Both the position numbers and the translations under genes were made by a program. Below the pieces are notes generated by a model that saw nothing but the letters and a program-made list of their open reading frames with translations, was not told the DNA's origin and made no database searches. Below are positions 53,701-64,000 of a stretch of DNA of 64,000 nucleotides, piece after piece. Numbering within the stretch: position 1 is the first letter of the stretch; each line of letters begins with the position of its first letter. Origin of the DNA: Antedon mediterranea (lineage: Eukaryota; Animalia; Echinodermata); contig NC_092676.1 of NCBI RefSeq assembly GCF_964355755.1, positions 5,867,888 through 5,931,887 of the forward strand, read 5' to 3'.

Positions 53701-54587
53701 ATGTACACATCTGTGACAATGAGTGACACCCCAGTCACAGGTAAACAATTCCTTCTTTCATCATATTTTCAGTCCGATTCGGACCATACTAGTCATCTTG
53801 TCTTCATACTTATTCCGTCCACTTCGAACCACATACCATGCCGCATCGGCTGAGATCAACCATATGCCTACATTTCACTTACACTTTCCTAAACAAACTT
53901 AAGCCTACATTGTAATACGGGTATTTTTATTTCTAGTTGCCCCAACACCGTTACCGTTCTGTAGTGTGGAGACTAGCCGATTGACGGGCAGCTACGACAT
54001 CATACACAGCTTAAACTTCCCAGCCTACTACCCAAATAATGTAAAATGCAGAACTATCATCGAGACCAAGAAAAACACCCGTATTATCATTACAATTCGG
54101 TTTATGGATATCGAGAACTACAAACTTTGTGATTGGGATTACTTACAGGTAAGCCTGCGTACTAATTGTTCTAGATTCAGGGCCTACTGTCTACCGTTAC
54201 CGTGCAGGATTTACGCGTTGTTTCAGTTTTGCCCCAACAGAAAGATGTTAATAATATAGAGGTCACCGCAGAGGTTACTAATCTACCATCGTTGTTCTGC
54301 TAACAATTACTTGTCTGTATATTTATTTGATCTATTTTTTTCCCCAGATATTTGATGACGTTTCCGGTCGTAGCACGGAGAAGCTTTGTGGTTCACTCGA
54401 TGCTCCTTTCGTCTGGGAATCCGACGGCAATCTGGTGACGATGATATTCAAGAGTGATGACATTCTGGCCAGAACTGGCTATTACGGCACCTACCAGTCG
54501 GTAGAAATCGTGGCACCTACTCCGTTTAAAAAGCCAGGTTCAAAACCAAAGCCTGACAAAAACTCGTATATAGGTTTCGGCAGATAA
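44719..54587 (+). CDS. 15-CUB protein, paralog B copy 2; apparent +1 frameshift at the start of exon 6 (possible pseudogene or consensus error)
   Basis: About 99% identical to B1 across all 29 exons. Exon 6 (47131-47340) is 210 nt versus 209 in B1 (ccag|gcttgc versus ccag|gttgc), which predicts TAG at 47208-47210. A LINE is inserted in intron 4. Confidence 0.8.
46078..46844 (-). mobile_element. 5'-truncated Rex1/Babar-like LINE in intron 4 of B2
   Basis: Open ORF2 C-terminus (NNLFLNVSKTKEMVVDFRK...AQRRIYFLRRLKSF...FYRSVIESV...SGRRFRSIK...NSFFPGAIRALN); (CTTGA)n-type tail; absent from B1. Confidence 0.88.
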
Positions 54588-56082
54588 GTTGTTGTAGTAC
54601 ACCACTGAGGCAAATAATAATAAAAAATTATTTAATGAATTGAATAGTTTGGTATGTCTTTTTTTTCACAATTCTCGATTTGGTTGGATTCCCAATTTGA
54701 CGCAACGCAAGTTATTGACCATATTCTTACATCTATCGCAAATATTAGTTTTAGACAATTTCCAAATATGTAATCTTTTAGTACAAACAAGTATGCGATG
54801 TAAAAGTTTAAAATCAAATTGCGCAACTTTTACCATATGTTTTTCATATTTTGTCCCATACCATAGTCTTATTTAAAAACTCCGATTTTACTTGGGAGAA
54901 TGGCACGGTCTTTAATTCAATTATCAACTTTCTCTATTCTTGGTTGTGCCAATACTTCCTTCCACTCAACAGGAATAGCATTTATGAGCTTGAAGTATTC
55001 TATTATCCTATTATGCTTTACTAATAACGTGGGAATTAAATTAAGACTTACAATTGTGTTATTGACCAAAATGTCATCAATTGTTTTATAGCCAAGCCAG
55101 ACTTTCTTTCTTTCTTTCTTTCTTTACCCATAAATATAAATTATAAACATTGTAATAATATACAAATAATAATAATTATATCAAGGGAAGGGCTAAAAAA
55201 TAGTTCTAATCAAGTTCAGCCCCTAAACATTGAAGTATAAATAGTTATATAAATAAATTAGGGCTACTTGTCTAAAATAAAATTAATATACATAAACATT
55301 TTTTTTTTTTTTAATACACTTTCTCTCAAATATATACAATATAATTCTCTTATAAAATAAATAAATATCACTATACAAACAAATAGTATGTTTTCATTTC
55401 TTTTTTGAATTTGCTTTTTGTTAGAAACCTTAAATCATCCGGGATTTCATTCCAGAGCTTTGCACCAGAATACTTGATGGAATGTTGTCCTATGTTTGTT
55501 CTATATTTTGGTACATACAACTTTTCTCTTGATGAATAACGAAAATTAATATACAAAAAATATTTAGGAGTTGTATCTGGAAATTTACCATGTAAACTAT
55601 CATGAACAAATAAAGTAATTAAATACTGATGCTGCTGATAAATATTTAAAATTTTAAGTTCTTTGAATAATAATGATGTTGGTGCTAGTCTAAGAAATCA
55701 GAAGAGTTTACAATAGCATTTACATAAATAATGTAAATAAATGTATACGTTTATTTTCCCACAAGGTTTCGGATTTAATTTCCTGTACATTTTGAGGATT
55801 GATTATAAAATGGTTTTAAAGGGTGCATGTATAAAGTAAAGGTTGCGTTACACAAGGAATTTCTGAAAAGAGGTAAGTAGGCCTATAAAGTCCAGTACGG
55901 TACTATACAACTGGGAATGGAATAGTACTATACATTTAAATATTACAGAAGACTAACAAGTAAATTGAACAACTTATATTTTGGTTTGATTTATGTCATT
56001 TATTTATAAATACAAATATGTAAAATACAAAATAAACGTTTAAAGAGAACCTAACTGGAAGATATATCTTTGTCTGGCGTTG

Positions 56083-58122
56083 GTTCCTAGAAAGAAAAAA
56101 AGACACAATACCAAACACAAGACAAACAAAAACAGTGTTCTTCACTTAATGTATGTTCCCATAATGAACATGACGATTTTGTGCGTATCACTACCATATT
56201 TGGGCATAATTACAGTACAACTGAAAACCGGGATCCTGCATAAAAAAGCTGTAGCTTCGTTTTTTTTGTAGGACTCTTTTACATAAGAACAAGTATATAG
56301 AACTAAAATAAAACAAAGGTGTTGTTAATCAGCATATAGTGATAACAAGTATTTTTTGACCTGTTTTTTTATACATTTATTTTGTTTCTTTAAAATAACC
56401 GGTTTATTACCACGATTACAAGCGAATTCTTTCCACAATTTTGGTCCATATATGTGTATAAACTGTTGACTGCAAGTTAGTCTAGTGAAGGGAATTTCGA
56501 ATTCAGTTTCTGTTCTGAGGTTATGAGTAGGCCTAATACTGCCACAGTAATTAAAACTATTTAAAATGTGATGTGGTAATTCATTGAATTTTACGTTTGC
56601 CATAAATCCTATGACGTTTACTTTGTAAATATCATAAACGTTTAATATTTTTAGTTTCTTAAACAGTGGCTGTGAGGCTTGTCTGGGTTTAGAGACGGTG
56701 ATGCATTTTACAACTCTCTTTTGGAGTTTTAGTATTGCTTCTAACGTGCTCTTGTATGTATTTCCCCATATTAAGTTACCATACTGAAGATGAGGTAATA
56801 CTAAGGTGTTATAAAGACTAATACGGACTTTATGAGGAAAGAATTCTCTTACTTTTAAAAGTATACCAGTTTCCCTAGACATTTTTTCCCAATAAACTGT
56901 ATGTAATGTTTCCAGTTAAGATTTTCGTTTAAAATTACATTTAGAAATGTCACATTTTCTTTTCTATGTTATAATACATTATTCATTTTTATTTCAAACT
57001 GGTTTTTGTCAAAGTACTTTTGGTTAGTTCTAAAAACAACGTAATTAGTTTTGCTGACATTCAGTAACAGCTTATTTGCTTTAAGCCATACGTTTATTTT
57101 TTCTAGTTCAATATTCATAGTATGGTTTAACATTGTAGGGTCATCTCCCCTTGTTATACAAGTTGTGCCGTCGGCAAAACTAATTATATCTATTTTACTA
57201 CTTGCTCGATCATTGATGTAAATCAAAAACAAAAGTGGTCCTAAAACAGCCCTGTGGCACCCCTATATTGGTGTCTTTTCAACATGATGATCTACCATTG
57301 GCATAAACATATTGTTTGCGGCCACTTAAATAGTTTCTAACCCACATTAATACGATGCCTCTTATACCATAATGCGCCAATTTGCTCAACAGAATACTGT
57401 GATCGATAATGTCAAACGCTTTTGACAAATCCATAAAGGTAGTAAGTGCATATTCCTTTTTTTCAAATGCATTTAATATTCTATGGACCAAGTCGATCAT
57501 AGCATGAGAAGTTGAGTGTTTGTTTCTAAATCCATATTGATTGTTGCTTAACACTTTACATTTTGTAAGATAATTGTATAATTGATTATGGATAATCTTT
57601 TCAAAGACTTTCGAAAAAATGAGCAACAGCGATATGGGACGATAGTTTGAGGCCTAAAATGGCGGTCCTCTTTTTTATGTATAGGAACTACTTTGGAAAT
57701 TTTTAACTTCCCTGGTATCGTACTGTTTTGATGACTTTACCGTTTTTTAAAGGTGTTTGTTATATAGAAACTTAAAATTATCCAGAAAATCATTATAAGC
57801 GATTTCTGGATCAATCGCTTCATATACTCCAAGCCACTCTGCACTTAACAAATCATTATTTAGTTTCATAATATTTCTATTGTTAACTATATACGTGTCA
57901 CATGAGACTGAGGTGCCTTTATTCATGTGCAGAGTGAGTTATTTGATATACTGGTAAATGGTCGGAAATGTCCGAGATTAGTATACCAGATAGAACTTTT
58001 TCGGAAATTGTATTTGAAAATATGTTGTCAATTAGTGTTACTGACTGATCTTGTATTCTAGTTGGTCTAGATATAGATGGATAAAACGAGTGAGACACCA
58101 TTATTTCAATAAAATCATTTAC
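56083..58122 (-). mobile_element. Duplicated copy of the same LINE with a ~590-bp internal deletion
   Basis: Near-identical to 37440-40072; the junction at ~57719 joins unit-1 positions ~39081 and ~39669. Confidence 0.9.
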
Positions 58123-58198
58123 ATCACTGAATGTGTGTGATAGTGTAGACAGAGCTTAAGAGTGTATACTGATCATAAATAGTATTGGGTGATACTAC

Positions 58199-58392
58199 CT
58201 TACTTTTATCGTGCTTTTTAATTATTTTCTGCGCCTTTTTCGTAAACAAATGAGTGGAGTATTCCTCTTGGTAATCCCATGCAATGTTTTTGTCATTCTC
58301 TCTCAGATCAAATCCATTCCACATCTTGCGCTTACCGGGGAAAAGATAGTCACTCTCGTGGGTGTAGAAGTCTTCGGGCCCCGTAATAAATC
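58199..58392 (-). pseudogene. Second copy of the arylsulfatase-like exon
   Basis: Same exon, with YQEEYSTH in place of YQREYSTH; splice sites intact. Confidence 0.75.
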
Positions 58393-59568
58393 CTACAAGA
58401 AGAACACCAAAACAAGGTTATGTATGTCTACTGTACACCTATGTTTTCGACTAAGCGAATCTATTCGCACAATCAAAGATTTCTGAGTTCCGATTGGTTG
58501 TATATTTGTTTGTATCGCTAACGTAGATTCAAATGAATACGCATGCGCGTTGACGCTTCGTGGGAATGTTCGATTATTTGAACAAGCACGAATGTTAGTA
58601 GAGCAGTTCACGCCATAAAAATAGCCAAGTTGTGCACTTTATTACCAAAGAAGCATGAAACTTGCCACAAAGTTTCTTTGATGTATATAGATTCAAAATA
58701 TCGGGGGGTGCCAAGTGTCCAAAGTCCGGTATGGCGGCCATCTTGATTTCAAAATGGCCACCATAAAAACAAAAAGTGTTCATATCTTGGCAACTATAAA
58801 CAGTAGAGACTTGATTCTGGTGTTAAATTGTTCACAAACCACATATTTCTATTTGCTCTATTGAAAGGTTTCGTCCAAAAATGACCGGAAATGACGTTTC
58901 TTCCAGTTTGACCTTTGACCTCTTATATGTATATCTCAGTAACTACTGATCATTTTCAATCGATTTTGGTGTCATATTGTTCAGAATAGAGACATTTATA
59001 TTTGTAGTAATAAAAATACAATTTATAACCTTTGACATATATAATTATGTGAAAATACTGTATGTGGTTTACACTGGTATAAATGCACCTAATTTTTTTA
59101 CCGAAATAAATGACACTTCATGCAAAAATGACCAGAAATTATTATTCTGAATTTTTTACTTTTGATGTGATAGGATAGGCGTAAAGTATGACAGAGAAAC
59201 AGCAATCACTGAGCTCATCTATGCGGACTTGTTTGCTTATTCTTGTTCATTTTCGTTGCATCTAAAAAAACGTACTCCATTTTTATGGTAATGGGCCTTT
59301 GCTGTAAACCTTTCATCGGAATCCTTTTCCTCGATTTTCTCTAGTCATTGATATTTTAGCAAAATCCAAACCAAATCAATTCGTAAAAGACATCTCAATA
59401 TAATTATTCAAGTAATCCTCAAATTAGTGACATGGACCTACAATATACTGTTCTGTAAAAGACCTTTATAGGCATCCACCTGGGGACTTTCACTTTGAAG
59501 GTCTTGGTCTCCTAATCAAACAAGAAACAATGTCTGATTTATTCAATCAAAGTAATGGGTCCAGATAA

Positions 59569-61148
59569 AGACCATCCACAGGAAAAGAATGGGGTGTAAG
59601 ACCATCCACAGACAAAGAAGGGGGTATAAGACTATCCACAGACAAAGAAAGGGTATAAGACCATCTACAGACAAAGAAAGGGGTATAAGACCATCTACAG
59701 ACAAAGAAAAGGGGGTGTAAGACCATCCACAGACAAAGAAGGGGGGTGTAAGACCATCCACAGGCAAAGAAGGGGATGTAAGACCATCCACAGACAAAGA
59801 AGGAGGTATAAGACCATCTACAGACAAAGAAAGGGGTGTAAGGCCATCCACAGAAAAACAAGTGGGTGTAGGACCATCCATAGACAAAGAAGGGGGTGTA
59901 AGACCATGCACAGACAAAGAAGGGTTTAGGATCATCCACAGACAACGAAGGGGGTGTAGGACCGTCCACACACAAAGAAGGGGGTGTAAGACCATCCACT
60001 GACAAAGAAAGGGGTATAGTCCCACTTACAGACAAAAAAGGGGTATAAGACCTTCCACAGACAAAGAAGGGGGTGTAGGACCATCCACGGACAAAGAAGG
60101 GGTGTAGGACCATCCACAGACAAAGAAGGGGATGTAAGACCATCCACATACAAAGAAGGGGGTATAAGACCATCCACAGACAAAGAAGGGGTATAAGACC
60201 ATCCCCAGACAGAGAAGGGGGTGTAAGACCATCCACAGACAAAGAAGGGGTGTAAGACCATCCACTAACAAAGAAAGGGGTGTAAGACAATCCACACACA
60301 AAAACAGGGGTGTAATACCATCAACAGACAAAGAAAGGGGTGTACTACCATCAACAGACAAAGAAGGGGGTATAAGACCATCCACAGGCACAGAAGGGGT
60401 ATAATACCGTCCACAAACAAAGAAAGGGGTGTAAGACCATCCACAGACAAAGAAGGGATGTAGGACCATCCACAGAAAAAGCAGGATATGTAAGACCATC
60501 CACTGACATAGAAAGGGGTATAGGACCACTTACAGACAAAGAAGAAGGGTGTAAGACCATCCACAGGAAAAGAAGGGGGTTGTCATATTATTTACGTTGT
60601 GATTCTCTGTGTTTAGAGAAGGATGCTTTAGACCAGGTCCGCCTTATATTATTAGCCAATCAAAATCGTATAATTTTTGGAGGGAAAATGTTATCCTCCT
60701 CTGAAGCCTAAAATTTGCATGTCCAGTATAAAAGTGGAATGTAATAGATATTAAGAAGAAGAGAGAATAAGATCAGAGTAGATAAACGGAAAGATGATAA
60801 AAAAAATATTAAGGCTTGACTGGTAGTGGTAGAAAGATGTATTAATCGAATTACAAGGAATAAAAGTTCTAGTTGAGTTAAATTATACTTTTTGTATGAG
60901 TTATCATTCAGTGACAGCTGTGTACGTCGCGTGGAGTTATATACGCCTGAGAAAGCTCGGAACCAACTAAAATAAATTCACTACAGGGGTGTAATACCAT
61001 CAACAGACACAGAAGGGGTATAAGACCATCCACAGACAAAGAAGGGGGTATAAGACCATCCACAGACAAAGAAAGGGATATAAGACCATCCACAGACAAA
61101 GAATGGGGTATAAGACCATCTACAGACAAAGAAGGAGAAGTAGGACCA
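59569..61148. repeat. Same 30-bp minisatellite, ~40 copies, interrupted by a solo LTR
   Basis: Variant order matches unit 1 but lacks the block at ~42800-43600. Confidence 0.95.
60581..60985 (+). mobile_element. Solo LTR (405 bp)
   Basis: TGT...ACA termini; 5-bp TSD GGGGT (60576-60580, 60986-60990); empty site in unit 1 at ~43637-43641; internal CCAAT, TATAAAA and AATAAA. Confidence 0.88.
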
Positions 61149-62067
61149 TATTAACCGAGGAAGCATACAAAAAGAAGATGCAATCAAAATAGGCCTACCA
61201 CTTGGAAAACAATAAATTGTAGAATAACTGAGGCTTGATTCTTGAAATAGAAATGGTTCTTTGTAAGGTCATTAATAATATATTGATATAAACACGATCA
61301 TCATACTATTCATTTGACATTCAAATACAGTCTATCTCGAAAACTGAGTACATACTATAAACTTTTCGAGGTTTTACAGTTTTCCATAACATGTGTGTTA
61401 TTTCCTCTGTCAAACTATTACAACTTTTAGCGAATCAGAAGGTGCCAACATCAATGAACTAATGGTACCACCAAGCACAACGTTTACCAATTTTATGTAC
61501 TATATACAATTTAAGACCATTAATCATTTAATATAATTACGCCTATTAGGTCAAAGTTCAAAATTAGGTGCATTTAAGACCAACAAAAAACACATACAGT
61601 ATATTCACATAATTAAAAATCAATAAATAAATGTCAAAGGTCATAAATTGTATTTCCGGTCATTTTATGTGAAAATGTTTCATTACTACAAATATAAATG
61701 TATTTATTCTGAACAAAATGACACCAAAATCGATTGAAAATGACCAGTAGTTACAGATACTCGGGTTACAGCAAAAGAAGCTGTAATGACGTCATAAGAC
61801 TGGATGTGACGTCACATACGCGTCAATAACCTAGCTACAAAAAAGTTTATACAGCTATACGGTACCATATTTGAGACGTCATATGACTGCATCCGGTTTG
61901 AAATTTACGGTTTTACTGGATTGTACGTTTTTACCGAAACGCCTGCATGGTTTGCAAATGAGTTTATTAACGGCATGTATGCAAATTAGGGTGGGTATTT
62001 AATCAACGACCGCCATTTTTCCGGCAAACATCCAATTGCCTCCACCGTGGTGTTACCGTTATCCCAG

Positions 62068-63351
62068 ATGATGGGAAATTTGCAGTTACTGTCCGCTGTT
62101 ATTTTTAGCGTTACGTTCTTCGTGTTTGCATTCGCTAAGCCTAAGGTTAAACATAATTAAATGACATTGCTTGCTTTAGGCGTGGTTACTTCATACTTAC
62201 TTAAACTGTATTGTTTATAGTGTATTATGTATGTGCAATTAATGACCGTAAGTTTGTATTGTTTGTTTTGTTTATTCTATAGGGCTATGATGTTGAAACC
62301 CGTCAAAATGAAGACGGCGTAGTCACCATACCTGCTAACTGTGACCGACAACTGGAAAGCGAAACAGGATGCATTACTTCTCCGAACTGGCCTAGAAAAT
62401 CCGTCGACTTTAACGAATGCCAAATCCGAGTAAAGATACCAGACCCGAACAAACGTATTTTATTAACATTCAATAACTTTACTCTAGAAGGAACCACATC
62501 TTGTGACGATGGAAATTACGTTGAGGTAAAGAAAAATACCGCAGATAAACACTTCTGCTGGAAACCGATTATCCATGTTGGCGAGTCGGTTACCTACTCT
62601 AGCGTAGGTCTTACTCTTTATACAACCAGATTAGCAAATCGGTTACAGAGTCAGTTAACTACCAATCTCTACTGCTATTGCATTGTATACTATCAATATT
62701 TAACCTCCAATTATAGCTCTAATTCCCTATTCCCCACTACTGATTCTGGTTTTTCAGATTCGTGACACAAAGACCAACCGACAAAATCGTTATTGCGGAA
62801 CATCTTATCCTTTTACCTGGCTAACCGATTCTAATGAGTTGTCGGTCACCATGAATGCTCTCAGCAGTAAAGTCTTCAACCGATTCAATGCTACCTACAT
62901 TACTTTAGAAAAGGCACCATCTAATGGTAAATATTGGCCCCTTAAATGTAATGAAACCACTATAATCTAAAATGTAATATAAAGATGATTTTATTTTCCG
63001 TCAAACGACATGCATGACACTAGCTTTAAGCTCACAAGGACACGACGGAAGGACGTAACCTCCCAGCGTATTGATGTACTACAATAAGCGGTGTCGGGAC
63101 GACTAATATACAGGATAGAAATATATATGGCACCGGTTTATTTAACCAAAATCTTAGGCTCTATAAAATTAATTTATTCCACAGGTTGCAGTATTGTACT
63201 TGTAAACGAGATTGGAAGATACAGTAGTTCCACGGAGGTTCACGTTAAAACTCCGTGGTCATGTGAAGCTGTTATACTAGCACACCCTAATGAACGAGTG
63301 TTGGTGTCATTCAAGGACCTTTATATTCCAAATTGTGACCACAAAATTGAG
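62068..63351 (+). CDS. 15-CUB protein, paralog B copy 3 (first 4 exons; continues beyond the window)
   Basis: Exons 62068-62145, 62283-62525, 62758-62926 and 63185-63351 are near-identical to B1/B2. The window ends inside the LINE-containing intron 4. Confidence 0.85.
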
Positions 63352-63426
63352 GTAGGAGTGTACTTTTGAATTTCAGAAACGACAGCCTTCTAAACAGACC
63401 GCTTCATTCACAACCCACAGCATAAT

Positions 63427-64000
63427 CAAGTCAAGTCAAGTCAAGTATCATTTATTATCATTTGTTTTAGGAAAAACATAGAAATTCTGTTTGCTCTGTT
63501 GGCGGAGCACAATATCCAACGGACACAACACGAACTCAAAAACAAAAACATTACAAAAAAAAGTGTCTACATCATATTTAAGGCTCTAATAGCTCCTGGA
63601 AAGAAACTATTTGTAAATCGTGCCTTATTGGCCTTAATAGAACGAAATCGCCGACCGCTGCGCATCAACTGGAACATACTAGAGACCGGATGAAATTGAT
63701 CATCTTTGATAGCCACTGCCTTTTTCAGAAGACGATCCGAAAATATGTTCTCCAAAGGCAGTTGTGCAGATCCAATTATACGCGATGCGGTCTTGACTAT
63801 TCTATTTAGGTCACGCTTTTCATTTTCGGTAGCGCTACCGAACCATACCGTTAAAGAATACGTTATTACACTCTCTATAACTGACCTATAGAAGGACGAC
63901 ATTATTTCAGAGTTTATACCAAATATTTAAGTCTACGTAGGAAGTAGATTCTTCTTTGGGCCTTTCTAATAATGTTACGTGTGTTAATATGCCACTTCAG
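63427..64000 (-). mobile_element. Same Rex1/Babar-like LINE in intron 4 of B3 (partial)
   Basis: Same insertion point after gcataat; longer (CAAGT)n tail; 1-bp deletion near 63924. Confidence 0.88.

Larger units (their letters stand above)
44571..61919 (+). repeat. Tandem segmental duplication unit 2 (~17.3 kb)
   Basis: Colinear with unit 1 apart from a LINE insertion, a solo LTR, two deletions and a minisatellite contraction. Confidence 0.92.
61920..64000 (+). repeat. Tandem segmental duplication unit 3 (partial)
   Basis: Near-identical to 44571-46650. Confidence 0.9.

Noticed and set aside
4011-64000. One giant cubilin or tolloid gene spanning the window
   Set aside because: Each copy has its own signal-peptide exon, and each complete copy has its own stop codon; no EGF or astacin domains. 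No gene symbol assigned.

Overview
AT-rich animal (invertebrate-like) genomic DNA with spliceosomal introns, dominated by a head-to-tail, plus-strand cluster of genes for secreted proteins made of a signal peptide and 15 CUB domains, with no protease, EGF or transmembrane segment. I assembled the exons by hand and checked splice phases. Gene A (4011-22833, 31 exons, ~1847 aa) is an old paralog with repeat-rich introns. Gene B (29 exons, ~1844 aa) occurs as three very similar tandem copies in ~17.5-kb units: B1 26904-35928, B2 44719-54587 (1-bp frameshift), and B3 from 62068, cut by the window end. Each complete unit also carries LINE remnants, one orphan arylsulfatase-B-like exon, and a 30-bp minisatellite between inverted repeats. 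Copy-specific events include a Rex1/Babar-like LINE, a solo LTR and deletions. Other notable points are conserved octamer motifs at all four promoters, conserved odd cysteine counts in CUB1 and CUB7, two precise intron losses, a GC-AG intron and strong TAGGCCTA enrichment. Function and species are inferred, not shown.
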